A DNA stretch of 64,000 bases from Diplonema japonicum (Eukaryota; Protista; Euglenozoa: Diplonemea), in NCBI GenBank assembly GCA_964019335.1, contig OZ025751.1, positions 186,001 to 250,000 of the forward strand, given 5' to 3'. The position numbers and the translations under genes are program-made. The first letter of the stretch is position 1, and every line of letters starts with the position of its first letter. A model generated the notes under the pieces. That model did not search any database. It saw only the letters and a list, made by a program, of their open reading frames with translations, and was not told the origin of the DNA. Positions 23,776-33,949 of this stretch are shown here, one piece after another.

Positions 23776-25033
23776 GGTTGTTTTAAAAAATAACCTAACC
23801 CAACAAGAAACCCTAATAGAACCAGCAAATCTGTCAGAAAAGACTACCTGATAGCCTACCTTGGGTGGAAAGGGGGCATGGCTGGCAATATTGGGGTTGA
23901 AAGGTCCCAGGATTGAGGTGAAGAAGGTGCCACCACTGACACTTTGCTATTGTTGGCAAGCACTGGAGGTGAAGGAGATTGCAGCCAAGAGGAAAGACCA
24001 ACTGCTATTGCTGGGCAAGGAACCAAAAGAATGAAATAAATTCCACAAAAAAAATCAAGTAAGGGTAAAAGGTTTGAATACATAGGTTAAATGGGCTATT
24101 AAATTCTTTTTTGATTAAGTAACCACAGCTGGGTACTTTAATTTTCAACCCATTTTGGCAACACTGGGACTAAAAAGTTTTGAATAGGAGGATTTACTCT
24201 TTCTTTATTAGGTTTAAAAATTAAATAGGTTCAGAAAAAAACTAAAGAATAAATTCAAATGTGTGAAATTGTGTGTTTCCTGAAAAGTGAGTTATAAGGT
24301 GGTAGAATGATATAAATCTTAAATTTTCGGAAGAAAGTTGATTCCTTGAAGAAAAAAAAATTTGATTAGGTAACCACAGCTGGGAAACCTACTTCAAGGA
24401 GCATTTTGCTTATCATCACCCAAAATTAGGCCAAAATTCCAAAAATACCATTCTAAAATGAAGCTTGATTTTGTGATTTTCAGGTGGCCATTTAGACCCT
24501 AAGGAAAATTCCTAAAGTGATTTTTAAAAGATTTTTTTCAGTCCAAGTGGGGTCAAAACTTTCCATTGGCTGTTCAAAATTCCATTTTCAGGACCAAATT
24601 GGGTGTTCAAAAAAAAAAAAATTTTTTTTTTTACCCTCCCAGTGTTGTTATGAGAATGAGTTGCCCCCCTGAAATTTTTGGATTTTTACTTACTTTTTAC
24701 TTCAGAATATAGTTTAGAGATGTGTATTCCACCTAAACACCTTTCTGAACTTTTTGGTTTGCAGAAATGGGTTTTTAAGGTGTTTTAAATATAAATTTCA
24801 TGATTTCTGGCTTTTTCCAGAAAAAAAATTTTGGGGTCAAAAATGGCCAAAGTGACTCCAAGTTTGGGGTCCCCTGGGGAAAAAAAAAACATTTTTTGGC
24901 CAAAAATTTCCAAAAAAGTCTGTTTTGAGGGTGCTAAATGAGTGAGGGTCCCTAGAAAAAAAAATTTTTTTTTTGCCCCCCTGCCCCCCCAGCCCCCCCC
25001 CTGGGTTTTTTCCCGTAACAACACTGTTCCAAA

Positions 25034-26997
25034 GGTGGTGGGGATAGCATGAAAAAACATCAGATGTGTTGTTCACTGTTGACCTCCTCATTGGTCATCA
25101 ACGGTAGCTCCCGAGTGGAAGATCATAATGCAGATGCTCAGGGTGACAAACAGGCAGCAAACTGCACAAGCACCGAATCTTGGTTACCTGGGACACTCTG
25201 GCTGGGGTTGAGCTGTACACCACACACATTAAAGACATGACACAGAATGCAGAAGAAGCTACAACTCAGTTGCAGTGTGCCCCCTGTAATCAAGTAGACA
25301 GTTCTTGTGCAGGGTGCCACCAACACCGGCTTCTTTTAACTCATATATATATCATTCAGGTGGTGGAGATAACATGGAAATATAAGAAGTACATCAGATG
25401 TGTTGTTTGCTGTTGACCTCCATGTCAGTCATCACCAGTAGCACCCAAGTGGGAGAACATAATGCAGATGCTCAGGGTGATGAATTGGCAGCAAACTGCA
25501 TGAGCACAGAATGTTGGTTGCCCTGGGTTGTGTTGCTCTGGCTGGGGTTAAGCTGCACACTGCACACATTAAGGACACAATGCAGAACACAGAAGAAGCT
25601 ACAACTTGGCTGCAGTGCCCCCCTGTATCAAGTTAACAGTTCTTGTGTGGGTGCCACCAACATGATGAACAGGCATTTTCCTCCATCCACTTGGCCGGTC
25701 ATCACCTGTAGCACCCTGAGTGGAAGAACAAATTGCAGATGCTCAGGGTGAGTAAACTACTTAGGGCACCAGCTGGGGTTGAGCTGCACACCGCATGCAT
25801 TAAGGACACGACACGGAACGCAGAAGCGGCCAAGGTGCACCCCCTGTCACTGGTCTCCTTTACCTCTTTCATGTTATTTGGTGGTGGGGATTACAGAAAT
25901 ATGGAAATATAAGAAGTACATCAGATGTGTTGTTCACTGTTGACCTCCACGTCGGTCATCACTGGTAGCGCCTGAGTGGAGGAACGTATTGCAGATGCTC
26001 TGGTGTTGAGCTGCACACATTAAGGACACGACACGGAATATTGTGCTGTCAGTGTTGTGGTGATATAGTCACCACTTTCAACCTTGATGATGCAAAGAGG
26101 AAAAAAAAAAAAAAAAAAAAAGGTAAGGAATTCCCTGTTCCGCCAAGTTCTGGTTCCACTGGTTCCGCCGTTCCACCAAGCTCCGACTTTTCAGTTTGGC
26201 AGAAGGGAACGGAACGACCCACCCCTGCATGAGCAGAATCTGGTTACCCGGGACGCCCCGGCTGGGGTTGAGCTGAACACCGCACACATTAAGGACACGA
26301 CACGGAACGCAGAAGAAGCTGTGGTGTACCCCCTGTAATCAAGTAGTCTTGTGCAGGTCCTTTAACTCATATATCTCTCACCACGGCCGGGTTGTAGCTT
26401 CTTCTGCGTTCCACGTCGATCACCACAGCCGGGTTACATCCAAATACAACATTTCCGGACATATGTACATACCTGCAGCTGCAGTGCACTGGAGTAGATA
26501 GGTGCAAATGGCTTGATGGAGCTGTGCATGTCTGTGGTACAAAGAAGAAGAAGAAGAAAAGAAAAAAGGAAAAAAAAAAGGAAAAAAAATCATTGTCCAA
26601 AAATATTTGAAAAAAAAGTGTTTGCAGGTGTGTCAAAAATTGCAGAAAATTTTCGAGTCTGGTCAGTCCAGTTAGTCCGGCCGATCTGGTCAGTCTGGTC
26701 AGTCCAGTAAATTGGGTACACTGGACTGGACTGGATTCACCTATCACTGCCAGTAGTGCCCAAGTGGGAGAACATAATGCAGATGCTCAGGGTGATGAAT
26801 TGGCAGCAAACTGCATGAGCACAGAATGTTGGTTGGCTGCAGTGCCCCCCTGTATCAAGTTAACAGTTCTTGTGCAGGTGCCACGAACACGACGAATAGG
26901 CATTTTCCTCCATCCACTTGGCCAGTCATCACCTGTAGCACCCTGAGTGGAAGAACAAATTGCAGATGCTCAGGGTGAGTAAACTACTTAGGGCACA
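25034..26997 (-). mobile_element. cluster of decayed copies of a ~270-350 bp retroposon-like repeat
   Basis: Copies begin GGTGGTGG(G/A)GAT at about 25034, 25359 and 25880, with partial copies near 26230 and 26750; homologous to 61070-61338. Confidence 0.8.
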
Positions 26998-27654
26998 AAT
27001 TTTTTTTTCTCCAAAGTACCTATTCTAGGCCTTAATAGAGGCTTTTAGTGATAGCTTCTTGTATGGGTGCGAAAAACTAGAAACCATCGACTTGAATGTG
27101 ATGACCAATCTTTCTTCCATTGGCCAAACAAAACTGGAACACAGAACAAATTCCCCATGGGTTTGGACAAAACACAGAACAACATGGAACAAGGGGACAA
27201 GAAGGGGAACAGGACGGGAAGGAACAAGAGGGGCCAACAGGGGACAAGGTTGCTACTATAGTACTATGCACAAAATGCTGGCTGGGGCTTGCATTTTTTT
27301 GGTATTTTTGTTTCCCCCGGTCGTGAGAGGCCTATGGGTGCGGCACACCATGTCTGAAACGTTTAGCTCCCTTGAAGCTCAAACCAGTGTGCGAGTTTAG
27401 CCCATTTTATTTTGGCACGTTGGCGATGGCGGTAGTCGTTGCAAGAGCACCTATAGGAAGTATTGGAAGATAACAGTTAACGGTTTTTTTTTCTTTTTTG
27501 TGGTCGTGAAAAGTACTCTACAACCTGCTGGGGGGTGTCAAGCGCTGCTTTTTTGTTTTGTTTTGTTCTGTTTATACCTTCTTATTTCTTTCCTGATCAA
27601 AAAACTTCAAACACATTACCACAGCTTGAAAAAAAGAAAAGAAACCAAAACGAA

Positions 27655-29310
27655 ATGTTGACTCGAGTCCTGTTGTTTGTTGTGGTTGTTAGTGCGACTG
27701 AAGAGCTAGCACGGATCGGCAGCGTGGGCCCGCTGGAGGGGAAGACCTCTGCAGACCTGGCGAGGTCAGGGGACCACACATTCAGCGTGATGACGGATGA
27801 CACAGTGAGGATCACGAACGTGGCGGACAAGGCGAACCCTGTGGAGGTAGGGATTCTAAAGCACAGGAGCGGTCCGGCAGCCTCTGTGCTGACGGACGGG
27901 AACCTGCTATACGTGGCATACCTGCATGCGCTGGTTGTCTACAATCTGTACCCCAACCCCACTGCCCCAAGGGTCTTGCACACCTTCCTTCCCCCTCCCG
28001 ACGCCGACCTGAACTTCTGGCGTGGGATGACCCAGTCTGCCAACCACCTCTACGTGTCATACTTCCACAGCCCCACCACCACAGAGTCCCTGTACGTGCT
28101 TGCGAAGAAGAACCTGGTGCAGGTAGGGGTTTCAGTGTTGTCGACGACAGGCTCCTTCGTGCTGGACATGACCTACGCGGACAGGAAGGTGTACGCGACC
28201 ACAGAGCACCTCGCCCCCAAGGGGAGCGTCTCTGTGCTGGATGTGTCGGACCCCACGAACCCCCACGAGGAGTCTTCCTTCGCAACGCCGGACATCGACT
28301 TCAATAGGGTTGCCTTCCACGAGGGCTTCCTGTACATCAGCAGGGTCGACACCAACACAGACATGCCGCTGAAGGTGGACCCGTCGACAGGGGTCCCTGT
28401 GGCGATGACGATGCCTGCCTTCGTGCATGACTGTGGGGACATCCACTTCTACAACTCGAGGGTGTACCTTGCCTGCACTGACAACGGCCTCGTTGTGTTG
28501 GAGGAGACGGCGCCCAACAGCTTCACCCTCCTTGCAAGGGACGAGGCGAGGTTCCCCTTCACCATCCTGCCCAGCGGCGGCTACCTTTTTGTGAGCGACG
28601 CGACGGACAGGCTTGCGATCTACGACATCCCGGATGCGGCTGTGGAGCTCGTGGGAGGCATTGCACCTTTTGCGAAGCAGGCTGTGGAGGGAGACTCCTC
28701 TTCTGCTGTGGAGGACAAGGTGAGCGGGCAGTGCTGGGAGAGGATCCCCGAGTGGCTTGCAGGATCGACAGCGTACATGGGGGTTCACGGGGGCAAAGGG
28801 ATGTCCCTGAGATTGGCGTGTCCCGCGACCGACGACCACCAGCAGAGGGACAACAACAACCACTACAACGACCCCTGCACCTTCTACGTGACGCTGCACA
28901 ACTGCCTCCCGTGCAGTTCCTCTACCAACGGGGGCCTCCCGAAAGAGATGCTGGAGGCTGGCTTCGAGGCTGCGGGCTGTGGGCCGAGGTACGTCCCCAT
29001 CTTCCCCGGTGCTCCCGTCGAGGTCCGTAACCACCCGACCGCAATCTTCAAACTGCAGGTGGAGGCAGGTATGGAACCCATTGAGCTGCCCGTTTCCAGG
29101 GAGCTCCTCCACGTCGCGGTGTTCGTGCACTCCACTGGACAGCAGTGCTCCTTGAAGAACGCGAAAGAGTGCGCCGCAGCCTCCCTGGTGTGTGAATACG
29201 ACACGAAGAAGAGGGAATGCATGGACAAGCCGATGTGCCCCACGAGGACAGGCCCTCAACCCGGGCCACAGGGGCACAGGTGCATGTGCTTCGCCCTCCC
29301 GCTGTTCTGA
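27655..29310 (+). CDS. secreted LVIVD-repeat (beta-propeller-like) protein with a Cys-rich C-terminal domain
   Basis: Signal peptide MLTRVLLFVVVVSA; repeats RITNVADKANPVEVG, VVYNLYPNPTAP and SVLDVSDPTNP; intronless. Confidence 0.75.
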   Translation: MLTRVLLFVVVVSATEELARIGSVGPLEGKTSADLARSGDHTFSVMTDDTVRITNVADKANPVEVGILKHRSGPAASVLTDGNLLYVAYLHALVVYNLYPNPTAPRVLHTFLPPPDADLNFWRGMTQSANHLYVSYFHSPTTTESLYVLAKKNLVQVGVSVLSTTGSFVLDMTYADRKVYATTEHLAPKGSVSVLDVSDPTNPHEESSFATPDIDFNRVAFHEGFLYISRVDTNTDMPLKVDPSTGVPVAMTMPAFVHDCGDIHFYNSRVYLACTDNGLVVLEETAPNSFTLLARDEARFPFTILPSGGYLFVSDATDRLAIYDIPDAAVELVGGIAPFAKQAVEGDSSSAVEDKVSGQCWERIPEWLAGSTAYMGVHGGKGMSLRLACPATDDHQQRDNNNHYNDPCTFYVTLHNCLPCSSSTNGGLPKEMLEAGFEAAGCGPRYVPIFPGAPVEVRNHPTAIFKLQVEAGMEPIELPVSRELLHVAVFVHSTGQQCSLKNAKECAAASLVCEYDTKKRECMDKPMCPTRTGPQPGPQGHRCMCFALPLF

Positions 29311-29799
29311 ATATGGTGTATAAATAAAATAATAAGAAAAAGGGGTCTTGTTGACTATCTTCATTTACACACTCTCTACTCCCTTTCTTTTTCTTCCTCT
29401 TCTTTTTTCTACCCCCCTTTCCTTCTTGTCGTTCAACACACAAAGAAGGAAAGGTCGAAAGAAAGAAACAAAGCATGACTTAATGCTTTGGGAGCGTCTC
29501 CCAGCCTTCTACGGTGGAGCTGCGGCGATGCGATGCAACGGCGGTTGTTGCTTTTTTAGTCTGAGAACCTTTTCTTTTCTTCTTCCCTCCACCCCTCCCG
29601 TCACTACTGGAACGGGCTATTCATACCGTATCTAATACTGCTGACACTCAGTATATTTTCCTCTCCGCTAAATCTTTTGCTGCCCTCAGGGTAGTTCAGA
29701 AGAGCATCTTTCTATCTTTCTTCAGTTTTCTTGTGTTCGTTGCCTCCCTTATCCATGCAATTCAGGTAAACCGAATACTCTTATCTCATCACCCACAAG

Positions 29800-32484
29800 A
29801 TGGCGTCCCCGAACAACCTAATAATCATGTGTACGTTGTGCGAGAAGGAAGTCGCTTGCAGGAATTGGGAAGCGCACAAAAAGTGCAAGGCGCACAAGAA
29901 TTCAGCAGAGGAAAAGGGGGTGACGGATGAGGCAGCACTTCAGGTGCTCCACAAGGAGGCGGAGGACAAAGCTGGATACGTACCGAGAGCTCCAAAGGTC
30001 AGCAAGCCGGCAGCAAAGCCTGCTCCCAAATCTGCCAAATATGGGAGCCCTCTCCAGCCTATCAACTTCACCATTGAAGTGAAGCGAGGCAAGTCCTCCC
30101 CACCCTTTGGGGCAACCTTCTCCCTGGTCGGCTCTCGCGTACGTGTCTCCTCTGTCGAGGCTGGCAGCCCTGCCTCCGTGGTGGGACTCATACCCAGCCT
30201 TGTTGTGCAGCAGGTGAATAATAAGAACGTGAAGACGGTTGCAGTGGTCAAGAAAACAGTCTCCGAGGGTGTCAACTTTACACTGTTGGTGGTCGCTGAC
30301 AGCAGCGGTCTGCTCCCTGGCGGGGTCACTTCGTGGAACAAGGAGCGTGGGTTCGGCTTCATCTGCCCTTCCCGCCCGCTGTTCACGCAGGAAAAAATGC
30401 TGGGTGACACGACGGGTGTGTACTTCGGGGACATCAGATGCAACAGCTACTCGCTGGGCCGGGACAAACTGACCAGCTTGGCGGAGGGGCAGGAGGTGGA
30501 GTTCGAGGTGCACTACGACGGGCGGTACTTTGGGATCAAGAGCGTGCAAGGAGTGGCAGGGGGGAAGATGGTGGAGGCAGCGAAGAAGCCAGATGTCGGA
30601 CCGGTCGGGCGCGCTGGTGCAGATATTTCCTCACTTGTGAAGACGAAGGAGGCAGTGTGCATGCCTTACACAGCAGGACGCTGCACCGACCCGTCGTCAA
30701 CATCGTGCAGCATGGGCGTCCACATCAAGAAACCCGGCAGCAAGGGCAAGACATCTGTAGACGAGGTGATGGTGAAGGTGAGCTCGTCGAAACTGGAGTT
30801 GCTGCAGCAGAAATGGACGGAAATTGAAGGTCCCGGTCGTTTGGTGAATGGGTGGCAGCTCAGGAACGACGACCTGGAGTTCCGGTTCCGGGCGACAGAG
30901 TACAACATGACACGGACGAGGGGCAGGGCACCCGACATGATCGACGGCTTCCACGGGACGGCGGAGGACAACGTGCTGAGCATCGCACAGAACGGGTTCG
31001 ACCCCTTCAGGAGGTCGGGGCAGGTGCATGGAGCTGGTGAGTACTTCGCGAAGGACCCGAAAGTCTCTGTCGGCTACTGCAGGGGTGGGTGCTTCATGTT
31101 CCTGTGCAGGCTGATCTTGGGAGAAGCGGAGGACCACAAGTGGGTCCCCTCAATGAAATACTACATCATGAAGCAGAATGGGGGGAACATACAGGCCCTT
31201 CCCATGTACCTCCTGCAGTTCAAAAAAACATCCTCACCCCTTGCGCTGAGGATGTCGAAGGTGAGCAACGACGAGAAAGAGGCTGCTGCGACCCTGCTCA
31301 AGATGGGGGCAAAACAAAAGGGAGGATTGAAGGCAGAGAAGGGGCGAACAAACACAGCGATGGTGGCACAGAACACGAGGCACCTGTGGCTGGGGTGGCT
31401 GAACCCTGCAGTGGGGAGGGACGACGGGGAGCTTGCAAAGGATGTGAAGGAGTTCCTGAAGGGACATCAGGTGAAAATGTTGAAACCAGAACGGAACGCA
31501 GCACGGGTGGGGGCCTTCGTGGAGCTTGAGACTCCCGTCAACCAGCTGCAGATGGCGGAACTGAACTGCCGACTGTACCACGGAGAGCACATCATCACAG
31601 TGGACAACGCACAGCCTGACAACCCGTACATGAGAAGCAAGCCGTGTCCACGCCTGAATGGGCCCGGCAAGTACTGCAGAGGGTGGAACATCAAAGGCCA
31701 CTGCGACTGGACGGAGACGTGCTCCTTCAAGCATGATGCGTCCAACTTCGTCAACTACGGGGCCAACCTGGAGTACAAAGAGGTGGGCTCGGCGAAGTAC
31801 GAGGAGCTTGCAACAGAGATGCGGAATAGCGGATTCATAAAAATCAAAAGAATCCGCAGGGTGGTGAACAAGTCGCAGGAACGCGCGTACGAGTCAAGGC
31901 GATCGTTCAGCCACGAAAAGCACGGCTGTGTAGTGGAGAAGGAGCTGTGGCACGGCACAGCGTGCTCTGTTCTGGACAAGATCTTGGCATCGGGGTTGCA
32001 ATGCCCATCAGACAGTCAGGCGAGTGAAGCATGCCCCGTGTCAGGTGGGAGGGGGCTGGCCACCACACTGTGCGGAACGGACTGCAAGCACTGCACTGAA
32101 AAACACGAATGGAAACGCTGCCACATGTTCGGGCTGGGAATCTACTTCGCAGACCAGGCGAAGAAGTCACACAGGTACGTGACGCCTGAGAAGGGTGTGT
32201 ACTCCCTCGTGAAGTGCAGGGTGAACTTGGGGAACCCCTACCTCATCGAGGCCAACCTGAAGGCGAGCAACGGCTTGCATGACGTCGTGCGGTGTGTCGA
32301 TCCCTCTGCCTTCATAAAGCCTCTGAAGAAGGTGGAATGGGATCTCATCAAGGGCCACGATTCCTACTACGTGAAGGGTCTTGGGAGCAACGCGAAGACG
32401 GGTTTCGGTGTCATTAACTCCGAGTACATCATCTTCCAGCCTGCACAGGTCCTGCCTTTGTACGTGGTGGACTATGAGGTCTAA
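29800..32484 (+). CDS. multidomain double-PARP protein A (ZnF-PDZ-CSD-CCCH-ART-RRM-CCCH-ART)
   Basis: CTLC..H..H; PDZ-like (VRVSSVEAGSPA); CSD (SWNKERGFGFI..GQEVEFEV); ART1 GFHGT/GAGEYFA; RRM-like HLWLGWL..AFVEL; ART2 LWHGT/MFGLGIYFAD/SEYIIFQPAQVLPLYVVDY. Confidence 0.9.
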   Translation: MASPNNLIIMCTLCEKEVACRNWEAHKKCKAHKNSAEEKGVTDEAALQVLHKEAEDKAGYVPRAPKVSKPAAKPAPKSAKYGSPLQPINFTIEVKRGKSSPPFGATFSLVGSRVRVSSVEAGSPASVVGLIPSLVVQQVNNKNVKTVAVVKKTVSEGVNFTLLVVADSSGLLPGGVTSWNKERGFGFICPSRPLFTQEKMLGDTTGVYFGDIRCNSYSLGRDKLTSLAEGQEVEFEVHYDGRYFGIKSVQGVAGGKMVEAAKKPDVGPVGRAGADISSLVKTKEAVCMPYTAGRCTDPSSTSCSMGVHIKKPGSKGKTSVDEVMVKVSSSKLELLQQKWTEIEGPGRLVNGWQLRNDDLEFRFRATEYNMTRTRGRAPDMIDGFHGTAEDNVLSIAQNGFDPFRRSGQVHGAGEYFAKDPKVSVGYCRGGCFMFLCRLILGEAEDHKWVPSMKYYIMKQNGGNIQALPMYLLQFKKTSSPLALRMSKVSNDEKEAAATLLKMGAKQKGGLKAEKGRTNTAMVAQNTRHLWLGWLNPAVGRDDGELAKDVKEFLKGHQVKMLKPERNAARVGAFVELETPVNQLQMAELNCRLYHGEHIITVDNAQPDNPYMRSKPCPRLNGPGKYCRGWNIKGHCDWTETCSFKHDASNFVNYGANLEYKEVGSAKYEELATEMRNSGFIKIKRIRRVVNKSQERAYESRRSFSHEKHGCVVEKELWHGTACSVLDKILASGLQCPSDSQASEACPVSGGRGLATTLCGTDCKHCTEKHEWKRCHMFGLGIYFADQAKKSHRYVTPEKGVYSLVKCRVNLGNPYLIEANLKASNGLHDVVRCVDPSAFIKPLKKVEWDLIKGHDSYYVKGLGSNAKTGFGVINSEYIIFQPAQVLPLYVVDYEV

Positions 32485-33290
32485 GTTGTTCCCCCCCCCT
32501 TCGTGTCCGACATATGAATTTTTTAGAAAAAGAAATTCAGTGAACCTTTGAGCATTTTTGCCTTTTTTTCGAGGCTTTTCCCTTAAAAACCCCTATGACC
32601 ACTTTGGACATAGGCCTGGTCACTTAGCGGATATGAAGCGTTAAAAATGGTGTTTTGCTATGCTTTGTCCAAAGCGATCAGCAAAGAAAACCTTTCTCCT
32701 TTCTTGTCTGCCTCTTTTCTTTTTTTTTAGTAGCTCTCTTTTCTCCGACCTTTGTTTCTTCACACTTTCCAAGATAAAAAGAAAAAAAAAGAGGGGAAAA
32801 CAAAAACTATCGTGAATTTCTCTTGATTTCTTTTATCCCCTTTTTATTGCATTGACGGTCTTTTTATGGCCTTCTACCCTAACCCTCCCAAGTGTCTCCT
32901 AGGCTGACCTTTTTTTTTTCCTGTCGGGGACAACGGGGACTAAGCTCAGCTCGGCCGGTGCGCTAAAAAACGCATACCTTCAAAGAATAGTTTCTGTTAC
33001 ATATTTCTTAGTTTTTCAAAAAAAAAAAAATGCATTTATAACTATATGCAACTTGTGCCGCCGCAAAAAGCTTTCACAGTTTTTTTAAAACCCTTTTTTG
33101 CTCGTGCGAACAACAAAACATATAGTCATAAAGAATTTATTTTTGTTAAATTTTATTCTCAGCCCCCCCCCAAAAAAAAAGGGGGTGGTAACACACATTT
33201 TTCCGCTCGTTTTTTTCCATATTCTTCTTCATATATTCACGTAGCAGGACAGGGAGGGAGGATGGAGGCTGCGGAAGTAAAAGAAAAAAA

Positions 33291-33495
33291 ATGGACATAC
33301 CACTGGTGGTAAAACAAGCATGGCACTGGTTTGCAATCTACTTCGCTGTCATCACAGACAACACGTCACACTTCTAGACGAGCTCTGCCGGGTGTGCGAA
33401 TACGACACGAAGAAGAGGGAGTGCATGGACAAGCCGATGTGCCCCACGAGGACAGGCCCTCAACCTGGGTACAAGTGTATGTGCTTCGCGAATAG
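33291..33495 (+). pseudogene. chimeric junction pseudogene: decayed ankyrin 5' end fused to the LVIVD-gene 3' end
   Basis: 33230-33388 matches the ankyrin gene 5' region (37420-37790, with a deletion). From 33391 it matches 29187 onward (VCEYDTKKRECMDKPMCPTRTGPQPG). Confidence 0.85.
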
Positions 33496-33949
33496 TAAGA
33501 AAAAGGTCTTGTTGACAATCTTCATTTACACACTCTCAACTCCCTTTCTTTTTCTTCCTCTTCTTTTTTTTCTACCCTCCTTTCCTTCTTGTCGTTCAAC
33601 ACACAAAGAAGGAAAGGTCGCCAAAAAAAAAAAAGAAAAATAAACAAAGAATGACTTAATGCTTTGGGGGCGTCTCCCGGCCTGGAGCTGCGGCGATGCG
33701 GTTGTTGCTTTTTTAGTCTGAGAACCTTTTCTTTTCTTCTTCCCTCCATCCCTCCCATCACTGAGGCCTCGCCTACTGGAACGGGCTATTCATACCGTAT
33801 CTAATACTGCTGACACTCCGTAGTTATATTTTCCTCTCCGCTAAATCTTTTGCTGCCCTCAGGGTAGTTCAGAAGAGCATCTTTCTATCATTACTTTTGC
33901 CTCCCTTATCCATGCAATTCAGGTAAACCTGGACTTTCACCCACACAAG

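Larger units (their letters stand above)
19306..26749 (+). mobile_element. degenerate hAT-family DNA transposon (TIRs plus subterminal GACCG/GACTG/GACCA repeats), interrupted by nested insertions
   Basis: Left TIR CAGTGATGGGTGAATCC at 19306, a second left end at 22928, and right TIR GGATTCACCTATCACTG ending at 26749. No matching TSD found, so the two ends may belong to different copies. Confidence 0.7.
18370..27100. other. divergent strand-switch region, CpG-depleted TE island
   Basis: All genes to the left are minus-strand and all to the right are plus-strand. Apart from the 18458-19024 ORF, the interval holds only degenerate repeats. Confidence 0.85.

Noticed and set aside
28132-29364. Long antisense ORFs (also 10738-11988, 38734-39546, 42471-43427)
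   Set aside because: Shadows of GC-rich or low-complexity sense genes, running against the cluster orientation.
32876-32886. Telomere-like CCCTAACCCT (also near 37040 and 63012)
   Set aside because: Fewer than two full units; expected by chance.
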